From a virus: a DNA stretch of 64,000 nt. The stretch is from IMG/VR virus record IMGVR_UViG_3300035698_011578, positions 31,477 through 95,476 of that record. One strand, 5' to 3'. The position numbers were made by a program, and so were the translations under genes. This document shows positions 20,357 to 30,337 of the stretch, piece after piece. Under the pieces are notes generated by a model, which was not told the DNA's origin, made no database searches, and saw nothing but the letters and a program-made list of their open reading frames with translations. The first letter of the stretch is position 1; each line of letters opens with the position of its first letter.

Positions 20357-21064
20357 TTTTGCAATATCTTCGCCTAGTAATCTTTCTAACAACTCATCGA
20401 TGTCAGTTGACATATCATTATCATACCTAAATAGATATAAAGAATCCTCTATACCATCTAAATTTAATTTGAAAATATAATAGAGAAATATATTTTGTGA
20501 CATTAAAACAATTTCCGGATTAGTTTTCAATACCGTTTTATAATCAGAACCAAATATATCTTTAGTGTATATCTCTGGATAAAAATCACGCATTATGTAA
20601 TTGTAAATATTACTACCAACTAATAATTCTGTTTCTCCGAATAGTTTTGTTAGTTTTTCTATTCTAGAAACAACATTAATAACATTGCCTAAGTATGTGA
20701 ATGTTCTACCATCTCGTAACATCTCTATTGTTTCACCACAATCGACACCAATACCAAATGAAATTTTCTCATCAAATTCTGCATTGAATTCATTAACCAT
20801 TTTTGTTAACTTTTTATGTAGTAAGATTGAGAATGCATAAGCATGTTTTGAATGATTAAGACCTTTAAATAGAAATACCATAGAATCACCTAAAGAATTG
20901 TACCAGTAATCTTTTGATATTTTACTAGCAATACTAATGTGTGCTTCATAAAAATCACTTATGAAATTTATAAAAGAATCATTATCCTTTTCTTGAAATC
21001 TCTCAAATGTTCCTGTGAAATTTCTGATATCTGATATCACTATGGCTGATTTAATTTTCTTCAT
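20342..21064 (-). CDS. Class III adenylate/guanylate cyclase
   Basis: SDIRNFT, LGDSM, FGIGVDCG, LGNVINVVSRIE. Confidence 0.85.
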   Translation of the reverse strand: MKKIKSAIVISDIRNFTGTFERFQEKDNDSFINFISDFYEAHISIASKISKDYWYNSLGDSMVFLFKGLNHSKHAYAFSILLHKKLTKMVNEFNAEFDEKISFGIGVDCGETIEMLRDGRTFTYLGNVINVVSRIEKLTKLFGETELLVGSNIYNYIMRDFYPEIYTKDIFGSDYKTVLKTNPEIVLMSQNIFLYYIFKLNLDGIEDSLYLFRYDNDMSTDIDELLERLLGEDIAKLLFD

Positions 21065-21154
21065 CTATATTATAATTTTAACTATATGCAAATATACTAA
21101 AAATTTCAATTACATATCAATTTTTAGTATATTATTTTTAGTTTATTATGTTTG

Positions 21155-21235
21155 TGGGTAAAGAGAGATTCGAACTCACAAACCCGAAGGCCACGGGGTT
21201 ACAACCCGCTAGGCAACCAACTGCCCAATTTACCC
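21155..21235 (-). tRNA. tRNA-Tyr(GTA)
   Basis: GCGGG-TT-GTA-AC-CCCGT, long variable arm. Confidence 0.8.
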
Positions 21236-21244
21236 AATTTTGAG

Positions 21245-21312
21245 AAGCACATAGGGGAATCGAACCCCCGTTTACTGAAAATCTGTCGTCCTAACCACTA
21301 GACGAATGCGCC
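21245..21312 (-). tRNA. tRNA-Glu(TTC), anticodon stem damaged (possible pseudo-tRNA)
   Basis: Glu-type D arm TTCGTCTAGTGGTTAGGAC; ACAGA-TTTTCAG with 3' stem strand mostly missing. Confidence 0.65.
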
Positions 21313-21319
21313 ATTTTTG

Positions 21320-21402
21320 TGGGCCGGGAGGGATTCGAACCCCCGAACTCGAAAGAGAGATGTTTTACAGACACCGTGCTTTAACCTCTTGCATACCGAC
21401 CC
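21320..21402 (-). tRNA. tRNA-Tyr(GTA)
   Basis: GGTGT-CT-GTA-AA-ACATC, long variable arm. Confidence 0.85.
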
Positions 21403-21415
21403 AGTTTTTTATAAC

Positions 21416-21453
21416 AAAAAAAACCAATCTAACATTTATGTCAGATTGGTTTT
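21416..21453 (-). terminator. Attenuator terminator of Tyr/Glu tRNA operon
   Basis: AACCAATCTGACA-taaa-TGTTAGATTGGTT followed by T run. Confidence 0.85.
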
Positions 21454-21477
21454 AAATTTCTATATAATTAAACACAG

Positions 21478-21543
21478 CTATCTATCTGACAAAATTTTCA
21501 TTTTCTCTTCATAATAATAAGCTATGTTTGTTATTGTTGTCAT
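21478..21543 (-). CDS. Leader peptide MTTITNIAYYYEEKMKILSDR
   Basis: TAT TAT TAT GAA GAG run; TGTCAGAT pairs with terminator 5' arm ATCTGACA. Confidence 0.85.
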   Translation of the reverse strand: MTTITNIAYYYEEKMKILSDR

Positions 21544-21638
21544 TGTCTTTATTGTTTCTTTATTGTTTCTTTCTAATTCTTTTACAAATATAAGGAAGAT
21601 ATTTTAAACCACCAAATATATTTTCATTTTTCTTTTTG

Positions 21639-21710
21639 TAGCGGGGACAGGACTCGAACCTGCGACCTCCGGGTTATGAGCCCGACGAGCTGCCTCTGCT
21701 CTACCCCGCA
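21639..21710 (-). tRNA. Initiator tRNA-fMet(CAT)
   Basis: GGG/CCC in anticodon stem, 1:72 mismatch, CT-CAT-AA loop. Confidence 0.9.
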
Positions 21711-22159
21711 ATATTGTATTTCTATATATTAAAAAGTTGGTCTCCCTTTTACAAAAGTAGTAAAAATTTATGAGAATATCAAACATTATTATATGCCCTC
21801 AGTGTAAATGGGAAATCAAATACGATAAATCCACCTGTTATTTCATCTTTTATGTCCAAATCATCATTAGCAAGTTTTGACATGTCACATCTTGTAAACG
21901 ACTCAGCATCTTTATAAAGATAATTATATGTTGATATATTTTCAATACCCACAAAATCTTTTATTCTATAAATTATATCAGATATTTCACTGAAATAATA
22001 AGGTTCAGAATACAATAAGAATGGAAGGATTATCTAAAGATATAGAAAAGAATTCCATCTCACAAAGAACTAGATTATATGTTCGCTATTTAAGTAGAAA
22101 TCCAATACCTAATTTTAAATTAGAGACCAATAGCAACACAATAAAATTAATTAAAAATA

Positions 22160-22510
22160 ATGACTATTAAAAAATTTGACGCATTTAGCGATTCTGATAT
22201 AGAGACAATAAAAGATATTATCTTAGAACTAAAACATGAATTTACAGAAATTGATGGTGAGATTTATAATAAAAAATATGACCGTGGTAATGTAACAATC
22301 ATCGAATTATCTCCAATGAAAGTTTACAATGAGAAATGTGTTACAATTGAAAATCTAGAAAAGAAGATGAAATATTATAACCTAATTATAGAAGTAGCAA
22401 CAAGAATTAAAGATGCAACGAAAAGAGACGTTAGAATAGTTGATTTATTTAATGAGAAGTTGGGTAGTGTTGAAATATGGATAGATGACATTAAAAACAA
22501 AACAAAATAA
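22160..22510 (+). CDS. Hypothetical protein with MTIKKFD motif
   Basis: 116-aa ORF. Confidence 0.65.
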   Translation: MTIKKFDAFSDSDIETIKDIILELKHEFTEIDGEIYNKKYDRGNVTIIELSPMKVYNEKCVTIENLEKKMKYYNLIIEVATRIKDATKRDVRIVDLFNEKLGSVEIWIDDIKNKTK

Positions 22511-22540
22511 TAATATGGAAAGACCACAGATTAGACAAAC
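22505..22540 (+). repeat. 36-bp direct repeat, second copy at 23010..23045
   Basis: AAATAATAATATGGAAAGACCACAGATTAGACAAAC identical at both sites. Confidence 0.9.
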
Positions 22541-22556
22541 GTTTTGTTAGTGATAA

Positions 22557-22882
22557 TTATGATTTAGATTTGTATTTTTTATATAATTTAAAAAATTCTT
22601 CATCATTCATACTAGAAAATTCTTCATCTGCTTTATTCTTCATATCTTGAGCATCCCAAAGTGATGGTTTTAAATGTTTTGTATCAAAAGATGTTTCAAC
22701 ACCATAATCTATTAATTCACATCGAAGTTTAAACATAATCCATTCAAAATCATGACTATCTTTTGAGTTTTTCTACTAATATATTCATATTCCATTGGTA
22801 AATCATAACTATCACTAACATCAGATATATTCAAGTTTTCTTTGAACTCACCGAAACCTTTTATGTGTCTTTCATTTTCCAT
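22557..22882 (-). pseudogene. Frameshifted gene MENERHIKGFGEFKENLNISDV...
   Basis: Start 22882; second frame DSHDFEWIMFKLRCEL...KYKSKS stops at 22557. Confidence 0.6.
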
Positions 22883-23019
22883 CTTCGTTTATTATTTTAG
22901 TATATATATTATATTTATAAGTTAAATATTATTCACCTTTAAAATTTCTAAAATTTTACACTTTTTGAATATTACACAAGTTTCTGTTTAATATATATTA
23001 GTAAATTATAAATAATAAT

Positions 23020-23376
23020 ATGGAAAGACCACAGATTAGACAAACAGAACAACAACATGTTGAGAGTGAACGAGAAATCGTTGGTTCGGAAGCAGAAGAA
23101 TTATTGCGTAAATATGGTTATTCCGAAGAATTTACAACTAGAGCAAATCCAACCAAAGAAGAAAGCAATCCTATAACATTTGAAGAAATGGTTAAACAGG
23201 AAGAAGCTAAAAAGAAAGCGTTAAGAGATCGAAGAAACCAGAAAATGAATGGCCCAAAACCAATAACATTTAGAGGTGATGAATATGATTCAAAAGTTAC
23301 TTATGGATCAGATGAGGAATCAGGATTAGGATTCAAAATAGAAATAACTTCTGATATGAAGTTGCCGAAATATTAA
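23020..23376 (+). CDS. Hypothetical protein
   Basis: 118-aa ORF. Confidence 0.7.
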   Translation: MERPQIRQTEQQHVESEREIVGSEAEELLRKYGYSEEFTTRANPTKEESNPITFEEMVKQEEAKKKALRDRRNQKMNGPKPITFRGDEYDSKVTYGSDEESGLGFKIEITSDMKLPKY

Positions 23377-23468
23377 CAATTTTTTAAACTTATAACTTAA
23401 TACAATTATAATTCATAACGATTAAAAATAGCGAGATAGGCTATTTCAAAAAATAATTATTCATATAT

Positions 23469-25991
23469 ATGATTACTAGCGAAATAAATAGTGACAAGAA
23501 ACAAACAGACTTTAAAAATGAATTTAGTAAAGAAATTTATGAACAAACATACAGATTTGGGAAAGAAAATATAAATAACACACTTTACAGAATTGCAAAC
23601 GAATTGGCTTCAGTCGAAACCGATAAAAAATCTTGGACAGAAAACTTTTTAGATCTTTTAACAGATTTTAAATTTGTACCAGGTGGTAGAATTATATCAA
23701 ATGCCGGTGTTCCATTAAGAGGAACTAGTATGATAAATTGCTTCGTCGATGGTTTTAAAGGAGGAGACCAAGACTCAATGGAAAGCATAATGGACACATT
23801 AAGGAGACAAGCGATGATACTTAAATCTGAAGGTGGTTATGGCTTTTGTGCAGATGTTATGAGACCAAGAGGTAGTTTCATTAGAGGTATCGGAAATGAA
23901 TCACCAGGATCAGTTAAAATGCTTGATATGTGGGACACACAATCCGCAGTTATTACTGAAGGAAGTGGTAAGAAGAGTGATAGAAAAGATGGTAAAGTTA
24001 AAATTCGTAAAGGTGCACAAATGGTGACTATGAGTTGCTGGCATCCCGATATTGAAGAATTTATAACTGCTAAACAAACACCAGGTAGATTGACAAAATT
24101 TAACATGTCTATTCTAGCATCTGATGAATTGATGAAGTGTGTTGAAAATAACTCACCATGGAATCTCGAATTCCCTGATTATGACACATTCCCAAATGAA
24201 TATAAAGAAGAGTGGAATGGTAATATTGCCGAGTGGAAAGAAAAAGGTTATACTACAATAGTCTATAAAACATTCGAAGATGCTAATGAACTATGGGATG
24301 TTATTATGATGTCTACATATAATAGAAATGAACCAGGTGTTTTATTCATAGATACAATCAACAAGCTAAACAATCTTAAATATTGTGAGTTCATCAACGC
24401 TACAAACCCTTGTGGGGAACAGGTATTACCAATTGGTGGTGTTTGCTTATTAGGTTCTATTAACTTAACACAATTTATTGATTTTAAAAATCAAAACTGG
24501 GATTATACTAAATTGAAAAAATATATTCCAAGTATTGTTAGATTGATGGATAATGTTAATGATAAAACTTATGTACCACTTGATTATCAAAGAGAAAATC
24601 TAGTTGATAAACGTAGAATTGGTTTAGGTATGATGGGATATGGTTCTGCATTGATGATGTTAAAACTAAAATATGGTTCAAAAGAAGCACTTAAATTAAC
24701 AGAAGAGTTAATGAGTTTTATCGCAAATAATGCTTATTCTGCTTCAGCAATGTTAGCAAAAGAAAAAGGGAAATTTAGATTATATGAGGAAAGCGAATAC
24801 TTAAATTCTAACTTTATCAAACAAGCACTGACAAAGGAGACGATAGAATTAATTAAAGAACATGGTATTAGAAATTCACATCTATTATCTATACAACCTA
24901 CTGGAAATAGTTCAATATTTGCAAACAATGTATCAGGTGGACTAGAACCATTATTTATGCCAGAATATATAAGAACTTCTATTATGCCTTATTCACCAGA
25001 AGGATTAGAAATTCCTAAGAATATTGACTGGGATAATAAATCTTATGTTTCAATGACTAACTGGGAGTGGATAAGAGAAGGTGATGAACCATTACTCGCA
25101 ACTACATTTGATAATTATAGATGGAAGTTTGATAAGAATAGAGGATTATTAAGAGAAACACTAGTTGAGGATTATGCAGTTTCTTTCTTAAAAGAAAAAG
25201 ATGAGTGGGATGCTGGTGCTGATTGGGCTGCAACTACTACAACTTTAAATATTAATGAACACATTGATACAATGGCAGTTATTGCTAAATATATTGACTC
25301 TGCGATTTCTAAAACAGTAAATTTACCAAATGAATATTCTTACGAAGATTTTAAAGACCTTTATAAGAAATTACACGATACTAAAACTATTAAAGGTGGT
25401 ACAACTTATAGAGCAGGTACAATGACTTCTGTATTATCCGGAAAAGATAAAGAAGAAAAGAGTGAAAACACACTTGCTAAAACAGAAGCACCTAGAAGAC
25501 CAAAGGTTTTAAACTGTGACATTCATCACGTTACTGTACAAGGTGATAAGTGGACTGTTATTATTGGATTATTTGGTGATAATAAAGATCCTTATGAAGT
25601 ATTTGCTTTCAAAAAGAAGAGCATTAGTATTTCTGCCTCAATAAAAGAAGGACAATTAACGAAAGTTAAGAAAGGAAGATATGATTTAGATTTAAATGGT
25701 GTTGTTATTGAAAATATCAAAGAACACTTTACATCTGATGAAGAAGAAGCTCTAACTAGAATGATATCTACTGCATTACGACATGGTGCTAATATCAATT
25801 TTATATATGACCAGTTACAAAAATCAGAGGGTAATATTGTATCATTCTCAAAAGCGGTATCAAGAACCTTGAAGAAATATTTAAGTGATGATAAAACAGA
25901 GGATTGTCCTAGTTGTAAAGCTGATAAAGCACTAGTATTACAAGAAGGGTGTTTTGTCTGTAAACATTGTGGATACAGTAAATGTTCTTAA
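23469..25991 (+). CDS. nrdJ: Ribonucleotide reductase, class II (B12-dependent) type
   Basis: PGGRI, NCFV, TNPCGEQ, CLLGSINL, QPTG, SKTVN, C-terminal CPSC...CKHCGYSKC; no beta subunit adjacent. Confidence 0.85.
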   Translation: MITSEINSDKKQTDFKNEFSKEIYEQTYRFGKENINNTLYRIANELASVETDKKSWTENFLDLLTDFKFVPGGRIISNAGVPLRGTSMINCFVDGFKGGDQDSMESIMDTLRRQAMILKSEGGYGFCADVMRPRGSFIRGIGNESPGSVKMLDMWDTQSAVITEGSGKKSDRKDGKVKIRKGAQMVTMSCWHPDIEEFITAKQTPGRLTKFNMSILASDELMKCVENNSPWNLEFPDYDTFPNEYKEEWNGNIAEWKEKGYTTIVYKTFEDANELWDVIMMSTYNRNEPGVLFIDTINKLNNLKYCEFINATNPCGEQVLPIGGVCLLGSINLTQFIDFKNQNWDYTKLKKYIPSIVRLMDNVNDKTYVPLDYQRENLVDKRRIGLGMMGYGSALMMLKLKYGSKEALKLTEELMSFIANNAYSASAMLAKEKGKFRLYEESEYLNSNFIKQALTKETIELIKEHGIRNSHLLSIQPTGNSSIFANNVSGGLEPLFMPEYIRTSIMPYSPEGLEIPKNIDWDNKSYVSMTNWEWIREGDEPLLATTFDNYRWKFDKNRGLLRETLVEDYAVSFLKEKDEWDAGADWAATTTTLNINEHIDTMAVIAKYIDSAISKTVNLPNEYSYEDFKDLYKKLHDTKTIKGGTTYRAGTMTSVLSGKDKEEKSENTLAKTEAPRRPKVLNCDIHHVTVQGDKWTVIIGLFGDNKDPYEVFAFKKKSISISASIKEGQLTKVKKGRYDLDLNGVVIENIKEHFTSDEEEALTRMISTALRHGANINFIYDQLQKSEGNIVSFSKAVSRTLKKYLSDDKTEDCPSCKADKALVLQEGCFVCKHCGYSKCS

Positions 25992-26187
25992 AAATATTTT
26001 AAGAATTATATTAAGCCAAAAAGTTATAAACTAATTTTTTGGCTTTTTCTATAATAGATATGTATTGGTATAGCGAAGAAATGTTCATTAAAGAACTCAA
26101 GGTATTAAATAGTAAGTTTAGAAGAAATAAGATACTTAAAATATTTAATATCAAAACTTAATATATAATACATAAAAATGATGAAAA

Positions 26188-26478
26188 ATGATGAGAAATA
26201 TTAAAGGATTTGAAAAATTTGAAGCTATTGGTTTTAAAACACCAAATGATAATAGAGATAGAGAAACTAAATCTGATGTTTACAAAGAAGTTGGTTATAA
26301 ACCAACAGAGAATAAAGAAAGAGAAATAGGATATTATTGGGTTTTATTAAAAGGTGATAGTAAATGGACAATAGGACTTTATGATGATTATAATGAATGG
26401 GAAATTATTGCTTGTGATGAAATACTTACTGATGATAGTTTTGACAAAATAGGTGATTTTATATCTAAACCAAGATAA
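26188..26478 (+). CDS. Hypothetical protein with MRNIKGFEKFE motif
   Basis: 96-aa ORF. Confidence 0.65.
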   Translation: MMRNIKGFEKFEAIGFKTPNDNRDRETKSDVYKEVGYKPTENKEREIGYYWVLLKGDSKWTIGLYDDYNEWEIIACDEILTDDSFDKIGDFISKPR

Positions 26479-26479
26479 A

Positions 26480-26998
26480 TTAAATTAATAATCTATTTAT
26501 TTGTATATCTCTTATTTCATCTATACTTCTGTAGAAATACCAAGTTCTTTCATATGCTTGTTTTAAAGTTGTGTAATCTGGTATAGAATCCCAAGACCCA
26601 TAAACGGTTATCTCATCATCCCACAGAATTGTTCTTTGAATTTCACTTTGACAATCATATAAATCCATTTCATAAAACTCTAAATCACTTTTACTGTTTT
26701 TTGTCTTTATCCTAAACTCAGTATTATATTCAATTGTTCGTCTACAATCCACGTATTCTATTTCAAGTGCTTGATCACACATTAAAGAGTTTAGATAAAT
26801 TGCAACTTTTGGATAGGACATCGAGTCGTTAGATAAAGTAAATTTCTCATATAAGAAAAATTGACCAACCTTAACTTTTGAGTCAATGAAATCATATTTA
26901 TTAAGATGTGCTGTTATGTTTTCTTCATCACCTCTTTCTAGTAAAACCTTTTTCTCAAGAGACTCTTTTGCCTCATCTATATTATTAAAAATCCTCAT
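26480..26998 (-). CDS. Hypothetical protein
   Basis: 172 aa, C-terminal IRDIQINRLLI. Confidence 0.65.
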   Translation of the reverse strand: MRIFNNIDEAKESLEKKVLLERGDEENITAHLNKYDFIDSKVKVGQFFLYEKFTLSNDSMSYPKVAIYLNSLMCDQALEIEYVDCRRTIEYNTEFRIKTKNSKSDLEFYEMDLYDCQSEIQRTILWDDEITVYGSWDSIPDYTTLKQAYERTWYFYRSIDEIRDIQINRLLI

Positions 26999-27383
26999 TA
27001 CATCTATAATTTCCTAAGTTTATTGAATCAAATTCATCTTTACCCTCATTTTTAACAATGCCTAATATTTTAAGCATCCCATTTATAGGACTACTTTTAA
27101 ATTTATGACCAACAAATTCACTACTGAAATCAAACACCTTTTCATTATTTACAAAAAGTTTAGCACTTTGGTGTCCAAATCCACCAAAATAATCAGTGCT
27201 TATTCTACCAATGGTTTTATTTTTACCAAATTTCTTAATATTCGGTATATAAGTTGTTGCCAAAATATTCTGTGGTAATTCTACCCATTTAATATCGGGT
27301 AATTCTTTATCTTCTATTATAGAGTCTATTTTACTTTCTCTAAGCTCGTCTTTATTTATTATAAATATTGATATACAATGCAT
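26985..27383 (-). CDS. Hypothetical protein
   Basis: 132 aa, TDYFGGFGHQSA. Confidence 0.65.
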   Translation of the reverse strand: MHCISIFIINKDELRESKIDSIIEDKELPDIKWVELPQNILATTYIPNIKKFGKNKTIGRISTDYFGGFGHQSAKLFVNNEKVFDFSSEFVGHKFKSSPINGMLKILGIVKNEGKDEFDSINLGNYRCNEDF

Positions 27384-27440
27384 GTCACAAATATAGTTAA
27401 AATATTTATATAATCCAATAATTTATTTTATATATAGTTT

Positions 27441-28292
27441 ATGAAACATCTCAAAGATTATATAATGTATGAAGCCCTTAGAAAAAGACGAAATTTATAC
27501 GATAAAGATGACGTGTCTAATTGGCATTATAAGGTAGTTGTTGAGTGGGGACATGGTGATGCCGATGGTTTAACTATTGAAAAATATCCATTTGAAACTG
27601 AAAAAGAAATGAAACTCTTTTTAGAATTTACTTGTGAATTAAGAGGTGGGTTTCTAGAAAATCAGGGACATGGTAAAATTGGATACTTCGGGAGAAATAG
27701 CAGATCTTATGAAGAAGCTAACAAAATTGCTAATAGATATAGTTCGAATTTTGAAGTTCCATATGATAAATTTAGTAATAGATGGTCGCCGTCTATTGAA
27801 CATATTTGGGTAGAAATAGATAATGTGATACATAATATTATTTGGGACAAGCCTTTAAAAACTAATCTTATTGAATTACCTAAAATAGGCGATAAAATCA
27901 TAACAAATACTGGACAAATATGTGGTAAAGGACCAAGACTTTGGAATAAACCAGAAAATTTCTTTTATTATTATTGGGATTTAAAATATATGGGTGATAC
28001 TGATGTAGATTCTGAAGGAAATCCTGGTAATGAATATATTTCTATTGAAGTCGAAGTAACCGATTGTAAGATAGGTTCAAGTATGAATTATGAAAGAACT
28101 GAGTGGAATCACGAAGAAGATAAAAAAACAGATTCATATTTTGTTTATTATGACCTTGTTGGATTTACTTATACATTATTATGTAAATTTATGGACAAAT
28201 ACATCACAACAAATATTTATGGATTCGATCCTAAATATTCATCAAAATATCACTATTCTTTATACGGAACTAATGATTATTATTTATACTAA
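27441..28292 (+). CDS. Hypothetical protein with MKHLKDY motif
   Basis: 283-aa ORF. Confidence 0.7.
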   Translation: MKHLKDYIMYEALRKRRNLYDKDDVSNWHYKVVVEWGHGDADGLTIEKYPFETEKEMKLFLEFTCELRGGFLENQGHGKIGYFGRNSRSYEEANKIANRYSSNFEVPYDKFSNRWSPSIEHIWVEIDNVIHNIIWDKPLKTNLIELPKIGDKIITNTGQICGKGPRLWNKPENFFYYYWDLKYMGDTDVDSEGNPGNEYISIEVEVTDCKIGSSMNYERTEWNHEEDKKTDSYFVYYDLVGFTYTLLCKFMDKYITTNIYGFDPKYSSKYHYSLYGTNDYYLY

Positions 28293-28372
28293 AAATTAAA
28301 TTTATTACACCAAATATTCCTTATTCATAAATATTTTCACTATATTTGTAATACAAATAATAATAGATAATT

Positions 28373-29455
28373 ATGAAAAAAAGATTTTTAGTAGCAGTCA
28401 CGGGTGGAATCTCAGCATATAAATCAGCAAGTATTATATCAGCACTGTTAATTAATGGTCACGATGTTAAAGTTATTGCTACTGATAATGCTTCCAATTT
28501 TGTAACAACAAATGTGTTGAATGTAATCAGCAAAGATAATTATATAACTGAAACACCAGGTGAAACAAAACATATAGATTTAGCTAAGTGGTGTGATATC
28601 TTCTTAATGGTCCCTGCTACTGCAAATACTATAGCGAAAATTAGTAACGGCTTAGCCGATAATTTAGTAACAACATCCTTTCTTGCATTACCTAAAGATA
28701 AGATTAAAATTATCTGTCCTGCTATGAACACAATGATGTGGGAGAACGAGGCAACAATTACAAACATCGAAAAGATTAAAAAGTTTTCGAACTTATATAT
28801 AATTGAACCTGCTTATGGTCAATTAGCTTGTGGTGATATTGGCGCAGGAAAACTCCCAAAAACTAGAGAAATTATATCAGAAATAACTAAAATGATTGAG
28901 GTGAAAACTTGGTCATTCCCATTGGTTAACCCAATGATTGGGCCAACAAAAGATTCTTTTTCATATCTTGATTTTGACTGGAGAAAAGAGGTTCAGATAC
29001 CCGTGAATAGTCATGTGGGCTCATTTGGGGTACGTAGGAAGCACGATATACACAAAGGTATAGATTTATACGCCGAAGTAGGAACCTCTGTGTACGCAGT
29101 CGAGGATGGCTTTGTGTGTGAGGTGTGTCCATTTACCGGTGAAATTGCCGGGTTCCCATGGTGGGAAAATACATATGGTGTTTACGTCGAAGGTGATAGC
29201 GGGGTCGTTGTTTATGGTGAAATATTACCAGAAGAAGGATTGAAAGAGGGAGATATTATTGAAAAAGGACAACTTATTGGTACTGTTCTAAGAGTACTTA
29301 AAAAAGATAATGGTAGACCACTTTCAATGTTACACTTAGAGTTACATAAGAGAACACATTTACATATAGGTAGATGGGAAATCGGAGAGGAATTACCAGA
29401 GGGATATATCAACCCAACAGAATTTTTATTAAAATCAACTAAACTGACAAAGTAA
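28373..29455 (+). CDS. coaC: CoaC-like flavoprotein (HFCD) fused to M23 peptidase domain
   Basis: VTGGISAYK, HIDLAKW, PATANTIAK, PAMNTMMW, LACGDIGAGK; then HKGIDLYA...HLELH. Confidence 0.8.
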   Translation: MKKRFLVAVTGGISAYKSASIISALLINGHDVKVIATDNASNFVTTNVLNVISKDNYITETPGETKHIDLAKWCDIFLMVPATANTIAKISNGLADNLVTTSFLALPKDKIKIICPAMNTMMWENEATITNIEKIKKFSNLYIIEPAYGQLACGDIGAGKLPKTREIISEITKMIEVKTWSFPLVNPMIGPTKDSFSYLDFDWRKEVQIPVNSHVGSFGVRRKHDIHKGIDLYAEVGTSVYAVEDGFVCEVCPFTGEIAGFPWWENTYGVYVEGDSGVVVYGEILPEEGLKEGDIIEKGQLIGTVLRVLKKDNGRPLSMLHLELHKRTHLHIGRWEIGEELPEGYINPTEFLLKSTKLTK

Positions 29456-29620
29456 TGAGGAAAATATTTTATGATTGGGTATCATATGAATGGTGGAGGT
29501 GGTTTTTGGAAATTCAACACTAAGCGATTATTAAAATTTTTATTAATAATCAATTTTACCACATTGTTAATCGTAGCAGCTTTATTATTAAAAAGTTATT
29601 ATTAAAAAGTTAAAAAAAAT

Positions 29621-30337
29621 ATGAAAAAAATATTAATCACATCAGGTGGAACTAGAGAATATATTGATTCAGTAAGAGTCTTAACTAATATTAGCACAGG
29701 TAAATTGGGTGCCAAAATTGCTAATAAATTTTTATCAGAAAATGCAAGTGATAAATTTATTTTTGTTGATAAAGAAGGGTTTTTCCTTAATAGGAAACAA
29801 GATATTAAATATAAAGTTTATTATGTTGCGCCTAAATCGGCTAAGCAACCAGAACTAATGGAATTTGTAAAGGATAATGAGTTCTCTTATATTGAGATAA
29901 CAGATGTGAATTCTGTTTGTAAAGTAATGGAAGAACTTGTTCCTGAAATGGATGTTGTTATCCACTTAATGGCAGTTTCAGATTTCGGTTTCAAACCAGC
30001 ATCTACCAAACTAAAAAGTTCAGACCCAATTGCATTCATTGAGTCTTTGAAAGATAGAGTATATCAAACACCAAAGATTTTACCTTTAATCAAAAAGTGG
30101 AATCCTCTTTGTAAATTAGTATCATTCAAATTTGAAGTTGGTTTAGAGCACGAAGATTTAGTTAGTATTGCTAGAAAATCTATGAAAGGTGGTAGTTCTG
30201 ATTTAGTCATAGCAAATGATAAAGTTGAAATGGTCGAAAACAATTCACATATTGCTTATGCAATAACTGAAGACAATGAGACTAAATTAAACTCAAAAGA
30301 TGAGATTGTTGAATATTTATATCTTAATTTAATCTAA
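29621..30337 (+). CDS. coaB: Phosphopantothenate-cysteine ligase
   Basis: ITSGGTREYIDSVRVLTNISTGKLG, MAVSDF, SFKFE, VIAND. Confidence 0.85.
   Translation: MKKILITSGGTREYIDSVRVLTNISTGKLGAKIANKFLSENASDKFIFVDKEGFFLNRKQDIKYKVYYVAPKSAKQPELMEFVKDNEFSYIEITDVNSVCKVMEELVPEMDVVIHLMAVSDFGFKPASTKLKSSDPIAFIESLKDRVYQTPKILPLIKKWNPLCKLVSFKFEVGLEHEDLVSIARKSMKGGSSDLVIANDKVEMVENNSHIAYAITEDNETKLNSKDEIVEYLYLNLI

Noticed and set aside
21639-21740. Attenuator for the initiator tRNA
   Set aside because: The tRNA follows the TTTTTAATATATA motif directly, with no leader ORF or terminator between
23469-25991. Intein or intron in the ribonucleotide reductase
   Set aside because: Continuous 840-aa ORF with no intein motifs seen
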